Shown piece by piece: positions 31,102 to 40,383 of a stretch of DNA of 64,000 bases. The stretch is taken from IMG/VR virus record IMGVR_UViG_3300028393_000019, positions 1 to 64,000 of that record; one strand, 5' to 3'. The notes beneath the pieces were generated by a model. It was not told the DNA's origin. It did no database searches and was given only the letters and a program-made list of their open reading frames with translations. The position numbers and the translations under genes were made by a program. How positions within the stretch are numbered: position 1 is the stretch's first letter; every line of letters begins with the position of its first letter.

Positions 31102-31956
31102 ATGGCGTTTGACTATCAAACATTAAAAAATATTAATAGTGCCGCAATTACTGACGGTACGTTAGTGACCTCTAATATTGCAAATAGTACCATTTCATCA
31201 GGCAACATTGCCGATGGCAACGTGACTGCGGCAAAAATTAGCAACAGCGCAATCAACTATACTTCAACTATTGTAGCCAATGCCATGCCAATCAGCAAGG
31301 GTGGTACTGCACTTACTAGTGTAGGCGGAGCCAATACAGCACTTAGAACCAACAGCAGTGCCAACGGTTACGAGTATGCCAAACTTGGTTTTTCAAGTAT
31401 GCAGGTATTTACCGGTGGCGGTACATGGAACAGACCAGCTGGTGTCAGATTCATCAAGGTCAAATGTCAAGCTGGTGGTGGTGGTGCAAGCGGGCACGGA
31501 GAATCAGGAGCTGCCGGTGGATACAGTGAACGTGTATTGGATGTAACAGGTATTGGTTCAGTGACTGTTACTGTTGGGGGTGGTGGTGGCGGCACATACT
31601 ATTCAGGTGCAGGTGGCGACGGCGGCGCCAGTTCATTTGGCCCTTACTGCTCAGCATCAGCTGGTCATGGGGCAAATAGACAAAATCAACACTCAGGCGG
31701 AGTTAGTGGTAGTGGCTCAGGAGGCGATCTAAACATTCATACTGGATCAGGTGGCTCACATCACCACTCATTTGGACCCGGCGGCACCAGTCACTTTGGT
31801 GGCCCAGCACCCAGCGGTCATCCACAAGGTGGACATTTTAGTCACAATCATCAAGGTCATGCGGCTCCAGGTTCTGGGGGCACAGGCGGTTATTTCACTG
31901 GACACAGGGGTTCAGATGGAAGACCAGGAATTATAGTCATCGAGGAGTATAAATAA
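31102..31956 (+). CDS. Gly/His-rich fibre-tip protein, paralogue 3
   Basis: 284 aa; same architecture and motifs as paralogues 1 and 2. Confidence 0.7.
   Translation: MAFDYQTLKNINSAAITDGTLVTSNIANSTISSGNIADGNVTAAKISNSAINYTSTIVANAMPISKGGTALTSVGGANTALRTNSSANGYEYAKLGFSSMQVFTGGGTWNRPAGVRFIKVKCQAGGGGASGHGESGAAGGYSERVLDVTGIGSVTVTVGGGGGGTYYSGAGGDGGASSFGPYCSASAGHGANRQNQHSGGVSGSGSGGDLNIHTGSGGSHHHSFGPGGTSHFGGPAPSGHPQGGHFSHNHQGHAAPGSGGTGGYFTGHRGSDGRPGIIVIEEYK
31948..31955 (+). promoter_or_regulatory. late promoter TATAAATA overlapping the end of paralogue 3
   Basis: Exact T4 late consensus 5 nt upstream of the ATG at 31961; could also be coincidental coding sequence (TAT AAA TAA). Confidence 0.45.
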
Positions 31957-31960
31957 CATT

Positions 31961-32455
31961 ATGAAAAAAGCACTAGTAACATATCAAGGTTATGTCCAGG
32001 ACATTAGAGATCCAGGCGAGCATTTTGAGATCTACGAAGGTCCAGATGCCACATTTGTATGGGTAGACGCCCCAGACGAAATCCAAAAAGAATGGACACT
32101 TGAATGGAGTCCCAGCCGTCAAGAAATGATATGGATTGAACGAGAAGGCGCATTTACCAGTAACGAAGTTGCTCGTAAAGTGGCATACGGTGAAATAGGA
32201 GCTCAATTAGGTCAGATATTTGACGACATCAAAGAGCACGGAGCATTAAGTGCTGAAACAAGTGTGTGGTTCGCTCACATTCAAAACGTAAAAAATCTAA
32301 TTGAAAAACCAGTTTACGAAGTACCGATCACAATGGAAGAAATGATGATTCGTGCGAATACTATGGAGCCACATGTTGATAATCCACATCAAATATCTAC
32401 TCCTGAATTACCAGCATGGAAACGTTATCCTGGATGGAAAGGATTTGGACAATAA
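31961..32455 (+). CDS. putative tail fibre assembly chaperone
   Basis: 164 aa directly after the fibre-tip genes; 'ARKVAYGEIGAQLGQIFDDI...WFAHIQNVK' resembles the R..Y..I.EQL...W...I..VK pattern of fibre-associated chaperone-like proteins. Confidence 0.5.
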   Translation: MKKALVTYQGYVQDIRDPGEHFEIYEGPDATFVWVDAPDEIQKEWTLEWSPSRQEMIWIEREGAFTSNEVARKVAYGEIGAQLGQIFDDIKEHGALSAETSVWFAHIQNVKNLIEKPVYEVPITMEEMMIRANTMEPHVDNPHQISTPELPAWKRYPGWKGFGQ

Positions 32456-32472
32456 TATCTAGTATATTATAC

Positions 32473-32498
32473 AAAAAGGCGCTTGAAGCGCCTTTTTT
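32473..32498 (+). terminator. rho-independent terminator (bidirectional form)
   Basis: AAAAAGGCGCT-TGA-AGCGCCTTTTTT. Confidence 0.85.
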
Positions 32499-32520
32499 AA
32501 CGACTGCAAAACTCTGTGGT

Positions 32521-32528
32521 TATAAATA
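32521..32528 (+). promoter_or_regulatory. T4-type late promoter TATAAATA driving the enzyme island
   Basis: Exact consensus between the terminator and the SD (AAAGGA) of the first halogenase. Confidence 0.75.
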
Positions 32529-32552
32529 CTCGGCAATAGCAAAGGATAAATT

Positions 32553-34169
32553 ATGCAGATAAAAACGGTAATGATTGTTGGTGGTGGTAGTTCTGGCTGG
32601 ATGACTGCGGCCGCATTATCAAAACTATGCCCTCATTTAAAAGTGTCATTGGTAGAGTCTATAAAGATAGGTACTATTGGAGTGGGTGAAAGTACTCTTG
32701 GACATATCAATAAATTTTTTGGTATGCTGGGATTGAAGGATGAAGACTGGATGGCAGAATGCAATGCCACTTACAAAAATTCTATCCGCTTTACCAACTT
32801 TAGAGAAAACGACGGCACTCATTTTGAATATCCGTTCAGTGCGGGGCTGGATTTTACTGACAAGCCTGCGGGCACTGGTGCATGGTCAGAACTGGCAACG
32901 CTATATCCCGAAGAATACACTCCTGAGACTTTTGCAGAATTTTATTGTACTGGTAACACGATGCTGGCCAAATACAACAAACAGACCCGCGATGAAAAAG
33001 GTATTTTGCGTAACTATGATTTTGCATGGGATACTGCATATCATCTTGATGCACAATTGCTAGGACAGTATTTGAAAAATAAAATTGCAATTCCCAACGG
33101 AGTTACACATCTTGATGCAGAGATTCATTCTTATAAAAAAGATTATCTTGGCAATTTAACGGATATTTTGTGTGTTGATGGTACTGTACTCCGTGCAGAT
33201 TTGTTTATTGACTGTACTGGATTTAAATCAATGCTGTTGGAAGGATGGATGGGATCAGAATTTAGATCGTTTGACAAGTATTTGGCAAATGACAGTGCAT
33301 GGGCCTGCCGTATTCCTTATGAAGATCGCGAAAAAGAAATGCACAATATTACTGACTGCCATGCACTTGGTAATGGATGGGTATGGAACATTCCCTTGTG
33401 GAATCGCATAGGAACAGGCTATTGCTATTCATCCAAGTTTACCACAGACGAAGAAGCCAAGCGTGAGTTTCGCAATCACTTGGCAACTACTGGATCAAAA
33501 GAACGTGCAGAAAATGCAGAAATGATGCATGTTAAGATCAAACACGGCCGCAGACGTCGTGCATGGGTGCAGAATGTGGTAGGAGTTGGACTGAGTTATG
33601 GATTTGTCGAACCACTTGAGTCAACTGGATTGCTGACTACACATGAAAATATTATCAAACTTGTGGAGCAGTTGAATCGCCGTCAGGGATACATAACTCG
33701 TACAGAAATTGAAGGCTTTAACTTTTCTGTTGAGAACGAAGTATTACGTTTTAGAGATTTCGTTAGCCAACACTATGCACTTTCTCAAAGAACTGATACT
33801 CCATATTGGCGCTGGTGCACCCAGTTGCATGAGTATTGCCCAGACCAGATGGGAGACTACATGTTGACTCAGGCACAGTATCCCAACTTGATGGCTAACA
33901 TTGTTGGTAATCAACGCTATTACGGTGAGTATGTGGGCAATATGTTTATTGCGGGTGGTATGGGGGTTAAGTCTATCTCGACCAAAGAACTAATCTTTTT
34001 TAATGGTACTAGACAGGCTAAAACGCTCAAACAAGAAGAAATTGGATACACTAAACGTCGATACGAAGAATATAGAGATTATGTAATTGATTACGTGAAA
34101 ACATTACCAAGTCATTATGCATTCTTGAAGAAAGAAATCTATGGCGGAAAAGATGACCACGCTGTGTAA
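32553..34169 (+). CDS. flavin-dependent halogenase, tryptophan halogenase family
   Basis: GGGSSG FAD motif, IGVGEST, catalytic-Lys motif CNATYKNSIRF, FIDCTGF, GWVWNIP, FVEPLESTG. Confidence 0.92.
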   Translation: MQIKTVMIVGGGSSGWMTAAALSKLCPHLKVSLVESIKIGTIGVGESTLGHINKFFGMLGLKDEDWMAECNATYKNSIRFTNFRENDGTHFEYPFSAGLDFTDKPAGTGAWSELATLYPEEYTPETFAEFYCTGNTMLAKYNKQTRDEKGILRNYDFAWDTAYHLDAQLLGQYLKNKIAIPNGVTHLDAEIHSYKKDYLGNLTDILCVDGTVLRADLFIDCTGFKSMLLEGWMGSEFRSFDKYLANDSAWACRIPYEDREKEMHNITDCHALGNGWVWNIPLWNRIGTGYCYSSKFTTDEEAKREFRNHLATTGSKERAENAEMMHVKIKHGRRRRAWVQNVVGVGLSYGFVEPLESTGLLTTHENIIKLVEQLNRRQGYITRTEIEGFNFSVENEVLRFRDFVSQHYALSQRTDTPYWRWCTQLHEYCPDQMGDYMLTQAQYPNLMANIVGNQRYYGEYVGNMFIAGGMGVKSISTKELIFFNGTRQAKTLKQEEIGYTKRRYEEYRDYVIDYVKTLPSHYAFLKKEIYGGKDDHAV

Positions 34170-34953
34170 AACTCTGTTTGGGTGGATGCGTAGAGAATCA
34201 AAACCTTTTATTCGCTTTTACTCGCTAGAGCCAGGTACTGCAACTCTATTTCCTATTGTAAAATCATCATCTATCGATCGTAATTTTTTATCAAATATTC
34301 AACCGGGTGATCAACCAGAAACACTATCTTCAAAAAACTGCCCCGGCATTAAGAAGATTGTGTCAAGCGGTTGGATAGTACCTGCCCCAGCAGACTTTAC
34401 AATAAACACCAACGGTGACGGAATTAGTTTTGACTGGGCTCAACCGTATCGATTCAGTAAAATCACTCCTGGCATGGAAGCGTATGTCAACAGTCATACT
34501 CGCAGTCAAACGGAACCATTGCTCGATGACGAAACTTCTACATTGAAAACTGTAGTGAAAGTTGAAACTCCTTGGCGAATTGAAGCAAGTGACGATACAG
34601 TACTGTTACTAATGCCAGTGACATACAACAACGAAAGCAGATTCTCGGCAGCTACTGGAATATTAGATCCCAAATACGGACACGTTGTTAATATTCAATT
34701 ATTCTGGAAAGTGTTAAATGGAGCAACTACCGTAAAAGCAGGAACACCGTTGTGTCAAATTATTCCAATTTCAAGAAAAGCCTTGTCCGGATCGTTTTAT
34801 GATGTTACAATAGATACAGCTACTGATAATGACACTAAAAAAGAACACGAATTTAACTATGCATCAAACTGTGCATTTTTAGCAAATGATTCGCTGTCTT
34901 CAAGACTAAGCCGTGTAATAACTATTTTAAATAAGTACAAGACTAAAGGATAA
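34141..34953 (+). CDS. DUF6065/dUTPase-fold-like protein (start may be 34153)
   Basis: 'KNCPGI...GWIVPAPADF...KVETPWRI...GILD...VKAGTPLCQIIP'; paralogue of 47600..48430. Confidence 0.55.
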   Translation: MAEKMTTLCKTLFGWMRRESKPFIRFYSLEPGTATLFPIVKSSSIDRNFLSNIQPGDQPETLSSKNCPGIKKIVSSGWIVPAPADFTINTNGDGISFDWAQPYRFSKITPGMEAYVNSHTRSQTEPLLDDETSTLKTVVKVETPWRIEASDDTVLLLMPVTYNNESRFSAATGILDPKYGHVVNIQLFWKVLNGATTVKAGTPLCQIIPISRKALSGSFYDVTIDTATDNDTKKEHEFNYASNCAFLANDSLSSRLSRVITILNKYKTKG

Positions 34954-34956
34954 CCT

Positions 34957-35208
34957 ATGAACTACAAAGAACAACTTCAAACCATCATCGTAAAAATTAC
35001 CGAGCAAAAAGAAGGTGCTAGCGCAGAACTTGCTAAATTGGAAGAAGAGTTTGCTAACGTGAAATTAAATCCGTATGGCATCACAGCCATTGATTTTGCT
35101 AAACGTCAAGAACTCAGCACAGATGTTCTAAAAATGGAAGGCGTACTCATGGGTTTACAACTTGCATTAGAAACATTTGACGGAGCTCAGCAAGGTGATC
35201 CAGCTTAA
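34957..35208 (+). CDS. small helical/coiled-coil hypothetical protein
   Basis: 83 aa, SD AAAGGA, heptad-like E/K/L pattern. Confidence 0.6.
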   Translation: MNYKEQLQTIIVKITEQKEGASAELAKLEEEFANVKLNPYGITAIDFAKRQELSTDVLKMEGVLMGLQLALETFDGAQQGDPA

Positions 35209-35782
35209 GAATGGCGGCTTATTTTTATTTCCTCCAGATGTTTGGAAATTCAAGTACGATTTTAATTTTGAAGAATTAAAACCAAAGATAGATCATTTGT
35301 TGAACATTACTGAGAATAACTCAGAACTTGAATCAGGCGATGCTCTATCTACTGTTGCATTGGACGAAAGTATGCAACCACATTCGTGGGCGGAGTTGGC
35401 ACATTTTCAAAACTGGTTAGGAGAAAAAATTGCTCTTATCCGGAGAGAAAATGCATTCAACTACACACGTTCTGAAGTATCCAGATCATGGGTCAATCGT
35501 CACGGGTTTGGCGGCGAAACAATTGAACACAATCATAATCAAACTACATTCGTAGTAACATGTTATCTTCAGTTACCACCTGATTCGGGATTTATTGAAT
35601 TCAAAGACCCGCTGGAATATCATAAAACTCTTTACCCTATAATTCCTGAAGAAAGTTCTTATCAGGCAGTGCCTTGCGAAACTAATGATGTATTGATATT
35701 TCCTGGATATATGCGTCATAGAGTGCAACAAAATAAAAACAAGACCGACGAACGACTTGTTCTAACGCTCAATATCAAATGA
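35177..35782 (+). CDS. Fe(II)/2OG oxygenase, TIGR02466-like
   Basis: SWVN...EHNH, LIFPGYMRHRV, terminal R.VLT.N; exact start uncertain (TTG). Confidence 0.8.
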   Translation: MTELSKVIQLKNGGLFLFPPDVWKFKYDFNFEELKPKIDHLLNITENNSELESGDALSTVALDESMQPHSWAELAHFQNWLGEKIALIRRENAFNYTRSEVSRSWVNRHGFGGETIEHNHNQTTFVVTCYLQLPPDSGFIEFKDPLEYHKTLYPIIPEESSYQAVPCETNDVLIFPGYMRHRVQQNKNKTDERLVLTLNIK

Positions 35783-36576
35783 GAGAATTCAAAGTTTGCT
35801 ATCCTGATGCCAACAACATCAATAAAGTTCTTAAACTCAAACCCATTAAGGACTTCAATGTCAAGTATGTAAAACTTGACAAGGAAATCGGGTATTGGGT
35901 GTCGGATCACCCGTTTATTGACAACGGTTTTGATATCTTTAGAGAATTAATAGCTTCATTTCCTATACAGAAAGACAATAATCATCCTGATAATATGGAT
36001 CCCAACCCATTTGATACCATACATGTACCCGAGTGGGTCAGTGGAAATATTGTCTCAGTGGTTGAAGAATTTTATCGCATGAGCAACACAAAAACTATCT
36101 TTGTACCGCAACTGCATGAATGGGGTAATGTTTATTTCAAAGCAAAAGCCCGCCCCATAACCTGCTGGCGAATTCCACATATTGATTATATACATGGCTT
36201 GGTTGCAAATTTATGGTTTACAGATCATGATATTACAGACAGCGGAACCAAATTGTATCACTACACCGGCAAGATGTATAACGAAATTTACGACTTTCAG
36301 CAAGATACTGATCATCCAAGATACAAAGAATGGCAACAGTTGGCTGACAAACCTACTCGCGCAGATGCTTGGTTTAATATTCCCGATGAAGAATTACGAA
36401 CTTGGGGATTTGAATGTGTAGGCATTGCCCCAACCAAAGAAGGCACAATGACCTGGTACAATTCAAATGTTTGCCACCTTGCATATATTTCTGAAAAAGT
36501 AGATTTTAGATGGAGTCATACATTTGCATTTAGCCATGAAACACACCCTAGTACTATGGGAGATTTGTTTAGATGA
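35779..36576 (+). CDS. Fe(II)/2OG oxygenase-like (DUF6445-like)
   Basis: RIPHID (HxD), SGTKLY, distal 'YNSNVCHLA', RWS. Confidence 0.65.
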   Translation: MREFKVCYPDANNINKVLKLKPIKDFNVKYVKLDKEIGYWVSDHPFIDNGFDIFRELIASFPIQKDNNHPDNMDPNPFDTIHVPEWVSGNIVSVVEEFYRMSNTKTIFVPQLHEWGNVYFKAKARPITCWRIPHIDYIHGLVANLWFTDHDITDSGTKLYHYTGKMYNEIYDFQQDTDHPRYKEWQQLADKPTRADAWFNIPDEELRTWGFECVGIAPTKEGTMTWYNSNVCHLAYISEKVDFRWSHTFAFSHETHPSTMGDLFR

Positions 36577-37196
36577 ACTATGATTTATATTTTCCAACTC
36601 CCATATGGTGGGAGGATACCAATTTTGATACCGAAGACATGCTTAAACTATGTTATTCAGTAAAAGAACAAGATCCTATTGGAAGAAAATTAAGCAATGA
36701 CGGTGGCTGGCAAAGCAAAGACTTTAGGCCTGGAAAATACCCCGAGCTAAAAGTCTTAGAAGATAGAATAATGGCGCAGGCACAGCAATGTATACGTGAT
36801 TTTGGATTTGATGAAAATTCATGTTTTCCTGTGTTAGAGAATATATGGCTCAATGTCAACGGCAAGCACAATTCCAACATGGTCCATATGCATGATGCAT
36901 CGTTTGTGTCGGGCGTATTTTACCTAAAGGCTCGCCCCGGGCAGGGTAAAATTACCATGTATAAAAATATGATGCAAGATTTTGCCACAATGTCATTTGC
37001 AAATTTAGAAAAATTTACTCAGATCAGCGCATCTGCAATCAGCTATGATCCATTTACTAGTAGGTTGATCATGTTCCCGGGATGGTTGCCTCACGGAGTA
37101 TCTGCTAACGAGTTAGACGAAGATCGAGTTTCACTTTCATTTAATGTAAAAATAATTAGGACCGACGATGAACGCTATAGGCCAACGATTAGTTAA
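36573..37196 (+). CDS. Fe(II)/2OG oxygenase, TIGR02466-like
   Basis: YFPTPIW, GGWQS, WLNVN..HNSNMVHMH, VSGVFYL, MFPGWLPHGV, RVSLSFN. Confidence 0.88.
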   Translation: MNYDLYFPTPIWWEDTNFDTEDMLKLCYSVKEQDPIGRKLSNDGGWQSKDFRPGKYPELKVLEDRIMAQAQQCIRDFGFDENSCFPVLENIWLNVNGKHNSNMVHMHDASFVSGVFYLKARPGQGKITMYKNMMQDFATMSFANLEKFTQISASAISYDPFTSRLIMFPGWLPHGVSANELDEDRVSLSFNVKIIRTDDERYRPTIS

Positions 37197-37893
37197 CGAG
37201 ACCAATCTTCTATACGAGGATAAACCGCATTATTTTAAAAACTTATTACCAGGTGTAAAAGAAATGCTGACCTGGGCTGATGTTGAAAAATGTGCTAACA
37301 ACCCTGCCCTTTATAATTTTGAAATGATTGGTAAAGATAATATCAAAATTGAAATTCCAATGCATAAAAAAGCATGGGTATTTTCTAAACCAGTGCAGGA
37401 TAAGGCATTTATAGTGGATCATATCAACAAAGGCAACGGTTTTGTCATCATGGACTATGGGTTTTACAGTGAAAAGACCAATGAACTACTAAAAATACTT
37501 GAAACAATCTATGATGTAAATGGTGCTATCCACGTGTATGGCGGACTTGCTGATGCAAAGTCATTCTGGATACACGAGGATTATCCGTCTAACTTTATTT
37601 TTCAAGCAGAAGGTAAAACTAGATGGAAAGTGTACAACAATCGGATTTCTGCCATGTATAGAACTGGCACAATGAATCATAAATTAAAACATCAAGACCT
37701 TGACTTGGCATTCGATGTGGTACTTGAACCAGGTGATGCAATATACATACCATCCAGAGCATACCACATTGCAGAACCAATGGGACAGCGATTGAGTATG
37801 AGTGTTCCGTGTTGGACTAGATTGCCTACAGATGATCCCCGCGAAATGAATGACAGAAACAATTATAGGATTAACTATGACAGAAATATTTAA
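37168..37893 (+). CDS. JmjC/cupin-4 (ROXA/YcfD-like) oxygenase
   Basis: SFWIHED..NFIFQAEGKTRWKVY and LEPGDAIYIPSRAYHIA. Confidence 0.82.
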   Translation: MNAIGQRLVNETNLLYEDKPHYFKNLLPGVKEMLTWADVEKCANNPALYNFEMIGKDNIKIEIPMHKKAWVFSKPVQDKAFIVDHINKGNGFVIMDYGFYSEKTNELLKILETIYDVNGAIHVYGGLADAKSFWIHEDYPSNFIFQAEGKTRWKVYNNRISAMYRTGTMNHKLKHQDLDLAFDVVLEPGDAIYIPSRAYHIAEPMGQRLSMSVPCWTRLPTDDPREMNDRNNYRINYDRNI

Positions 37894-38464
37894 ACCAAGG
37901 GAGTACTCGGGGGGTGTGAATTTTGACTATCAGAAAGCCATGTATGCTTATCTAACTGATATCAAGTTTGACTGGCATTACATGGAAGATACTACCACTG
38001 AAAAAACCAATCTTCCACAATATTCTACCCCAGCATTTGGAAATTTATTATACTATTCACAGCACGAATCAAATCCGCACTACGAATTTTTTAAACCGCT
38101 GATTGAAGCATTGGAACAAACCGCTGGATTTAAAATTAAAAAACTGCTGAGAATGCGAGCTGGTATGTTGCTCAACACCAAATATGTACTGCCAGGTATG
38201 CCTTACAAATATAATACGCCTCACATAGATTATGATATTGATCATTATACAGTAGTGTATTATGTGAACGAGTGTGACGGTGATACTGTGGTATTTCGTG
38301 AAATTGCTCCTGCTGAAAAATACTATAGCCTGCACAAGTGTACCCCACACCAAGGAAAGTTCTTGTTGTTTAACGGGCGGCATTATCATGCAAGTACCTG
38401 TCCCAAAGTGTACACCAAGCGTATTGCTATCACAATCAATTTTACTGCTGATATAGATGGATAA
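37877..38464 (+). CDS. Fe(II)/2OG oxygenase
   Basis: PHIDYD, YYVNECDGDT, FNGRHYHAS, RIAITINF; ATG 37877 has SD AGGA, preferred over 37850. Confidence 0.8.
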   Translation: MTEIFKPREYSGGVNFDYQKAMYAYLTDIKFDWHYMEDTTTEKTNLPQYSTPAFGNLLYYSQHESNPHYEFFKPLIEALEQTAGFKIKKLLRMRAGMLLNTKYVLPGMPYKYNTPHIDYDIDHYTVVYYVNECDGDTVVFREIAPAEKYYSLHKCTPHQGKFLLFNGRHYHASTCPKVYTKRIAITINFTADIDG

Positions 38465-39164
38465 TTTGTTTTTAAATAAATTCATAAACACCAAAAACTT
38501 GAGTAGTTCAGAGTTTATTAAATCTCACGACATTAAAAATCGGTTCCTGTATCCATATATGCCGACCATTGTGATTGATAATTTCTATAACGATCCTAAT
38601 TTATGGAGAGAATTTGCGTTAGATCAAAAGTTTTTCAAAGGTGATCGGGGTAACTGGCCCGGCTTGAGAACTGAATTGTTGCATAAACTACACTATGATC
38701 TATTTAAAATCACGTTGAAAAAAATATTATTTGTTTTAAAAGATTACGGAATTACTCAAGTGGTCGAACTACAAACAGGATTCCAACTGATAGCTGAAGA
38801 GTATGGGCGCGGCTGGGTGCATGATGATGATCCATCGTTTCAATATGCAGGCATCATATATCTAAGCAAGGACGCTCCAATTGGTTCCGGCACTACAATA
38901 TATGAAGACTCTGTGGACTTTGACGGAGATGTATATAACAAAATGTTTGAAACAGATGTTAACAATGCCTCTGCAGAAGATCGAGAAATATATGCAAAAT
39001 ACAGAGCAGAACAAGTGTCAAAATTTAAAAAAAGTATAGTGGTAGAAAATGTATACAATCGCTTTGTATTGTTTGATTCGCGTTGTTGGCACAGTGCTGA
39101 TAATTTTTTTGGTAGCACACCGGACGATACTAGATTAACGCAGGTATTTTTTATCAAACAATGA
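38457..39164 (+). CDS. Fe(II)/2OG oxygenase (DUF6445-like)
   Basis: IVIDNFY.DP, WPGLRT, GWVHDD, AGIIYL, SGTTIY, YNRFVLFDSRCWHSA..FG, RLTQVFF. Confidence 0.78.
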   Translation: MDNLFLNKFINTKNLSSSEFIKSHDIKNRFLYPYMPTIVIDNFYNDPNLWREFALDQKFFKGDRGNWPGLRTELLHKLHYDLFKITLKKILFVLKDYGITQVVELQTGFQLIAEEYGRGWVHDDDPSFQYAGIIYLSKDAPIGSGTTIYEDSVDFDGDVYNKMFETDVNNASAEDREIYAKYRAEQVSKFKKSIVVENVYNRFVLFDSRCWHSADNFFGSTPDDTRLTQVFFIKQ

Positions 39165-39772
39165 AAACATTAAAACAACCAATCAAGGTTATTGATAACT
39201 TTTTTGAAGCTCCTGATTTATGGCAACACTATGCCCTGAAGCAACAGTTTGCTCGAGACAACAACTCAACTTGGCCCGGAACTCGAACTACTACACTGGA
39301 TCAATTGGATATGGAACTGTTTAATTCCGTTGCATCTACTCTCATTAGTCATACACACGGTAAACAGTTCTTTTCTCTCTTAAAGATAAACTTTGCATCT
39401 GTTGACAGCAGTTATAATATTGGATGGATGCACCAAGACGAGCCGCAGTACAATGTTGCTGGCGTCATATTCTTGAATAAATTTGCTCCTGCCAATACTG
39501 GATTATCGTTTTACACAAAGGTTGCAGATAATAATCAAGACTACAACAGTTTGTTCTTTGAAGAATTAAAAGCTGATCCAGCCGATCGATCAGCGTTCGT
39601 TAAATTTAAAGAAGAACAACGTAGATTGTTCAAGCGGAATATGACTGTTGAAAATATTTTTAATAGATGTGTGATGTTTCCACCGGAACAATTCCATGCG
39701 GCTGACGGATACTTTGGCAATACACTAGATGATGCTAGATTAACAATTAATTTTTTTGGAATTTCAATATGA
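39161..39772 (+). CDS. Fe(II)/2OG oxygenase (DUF6445-like), tandem paralogue of 38457
   Basis: VIDNFFEAP, WPGTRT, GWMHQD, AGVIFL, FNRCVMF...FHAA.GYFG, RLTINFF. Confidence 0.78.
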   Translation: MKTLKQPIKVIDNFFEAPDLWQHYALKQQFARDNNSTWPGTRTTTLDQLDMELFNSVASTLISHTHGKQFFSLLKINFASVDSSYNIGWMHQDEPQYNVAGVIFLNKFAPANTGLSFYTKVADNNQDYNSLFFEELKADPADRSAFVKFKEEQRRLFKRNMTVENIFNRCVMFPPEQFHAADGYFGNTLDDARLTINFFGISI

Positions 39773-40383
39773 CATCGGCTTTTGGTCACTTTAGTAATTT
39801 TGGGTTTGTTAGAGATACAGTGCCACCAGAACTGCTCGATGAATTACAAACAGAAATCGATTCAATCGATTTAACAGAACCAATAAAAGATAAACTGGCA
39901 GGCAATTTAGAGACTTCATACGTTCTTGAAAAATCAAGAACTAATTTGGAAAAGTTTGTATTGGGGTTGGCAAACGCATACTCTGCTGGGTTCGATGCAA
40001 CTCAGACTGGTAAAAATCTCACAGGGGATAATTTATCTTTAAGATTGTTTTGGGTAAATTTTCAAAGAAAACACGAGTTCAATCCTATACACATGCACGA
40101 TGGTGATTTCAGCTTTGTGATATGGTTAAAAGTTCCGTATAAACTTGCCGATGAAGTGAATATGCCCCGGGCCAAAAATTCTAATATGCCTCGAGGTGGT
40201 ATGTTTAGTTTTTTCTATACTAATATATTTGGTGAAATTCGAGAAGCTGAATTTCCTATAGACAAGTTATGGGAAGGGCAAATATTGCTATTCCCAGCAT
40301 GTTTACAACACATGGTATATCCATTTGCATCAACGGATGATGTGCGTATATCAATTTCAGGGAACATAAAAAGAAATGAATGA
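39769..40383 (+). CDS. Fe(II)/2OG oxygenase, TIGR02466-like
   Basis: WVNFQRKHEFNPIHMHDGDFSFVIWL, LFPACLQHMVYPF, RISISGN. Confidence 0.82.
   Translation: MTSAFGHFSNFGFVRDTVPPELLDELQTEIDSIDLTEPIKDKLAGNLETSYVLEKSRTNLEKFVLGLANAYSAGFDATQTGKNLTGDNLSLRLFWVNFQRKHEFNPIHMHDGDFSFVIWLKVPYKLADEVNMPRAKNSNMPRGGMFSFFYTNIFGEIREAEFPIDKLWEGQILLFPACLQHMVYPFASTDDVRISISGNIKRNE

Noticed and set aside
29365-31956. Diversity-generating retroelement acting on the fibre-tip paralogues
   Set aside because: No reverse transcriptase in the window and no template/variable repeat pair differing only at adenines.
29365-31956. Collagen-like or antifreeze protein interpretation of the Gly-rich genes
   Set aside because: No sustained Gly-X-Y register; Gly runs alternate with His loops as in fibre glycine-rich domains.
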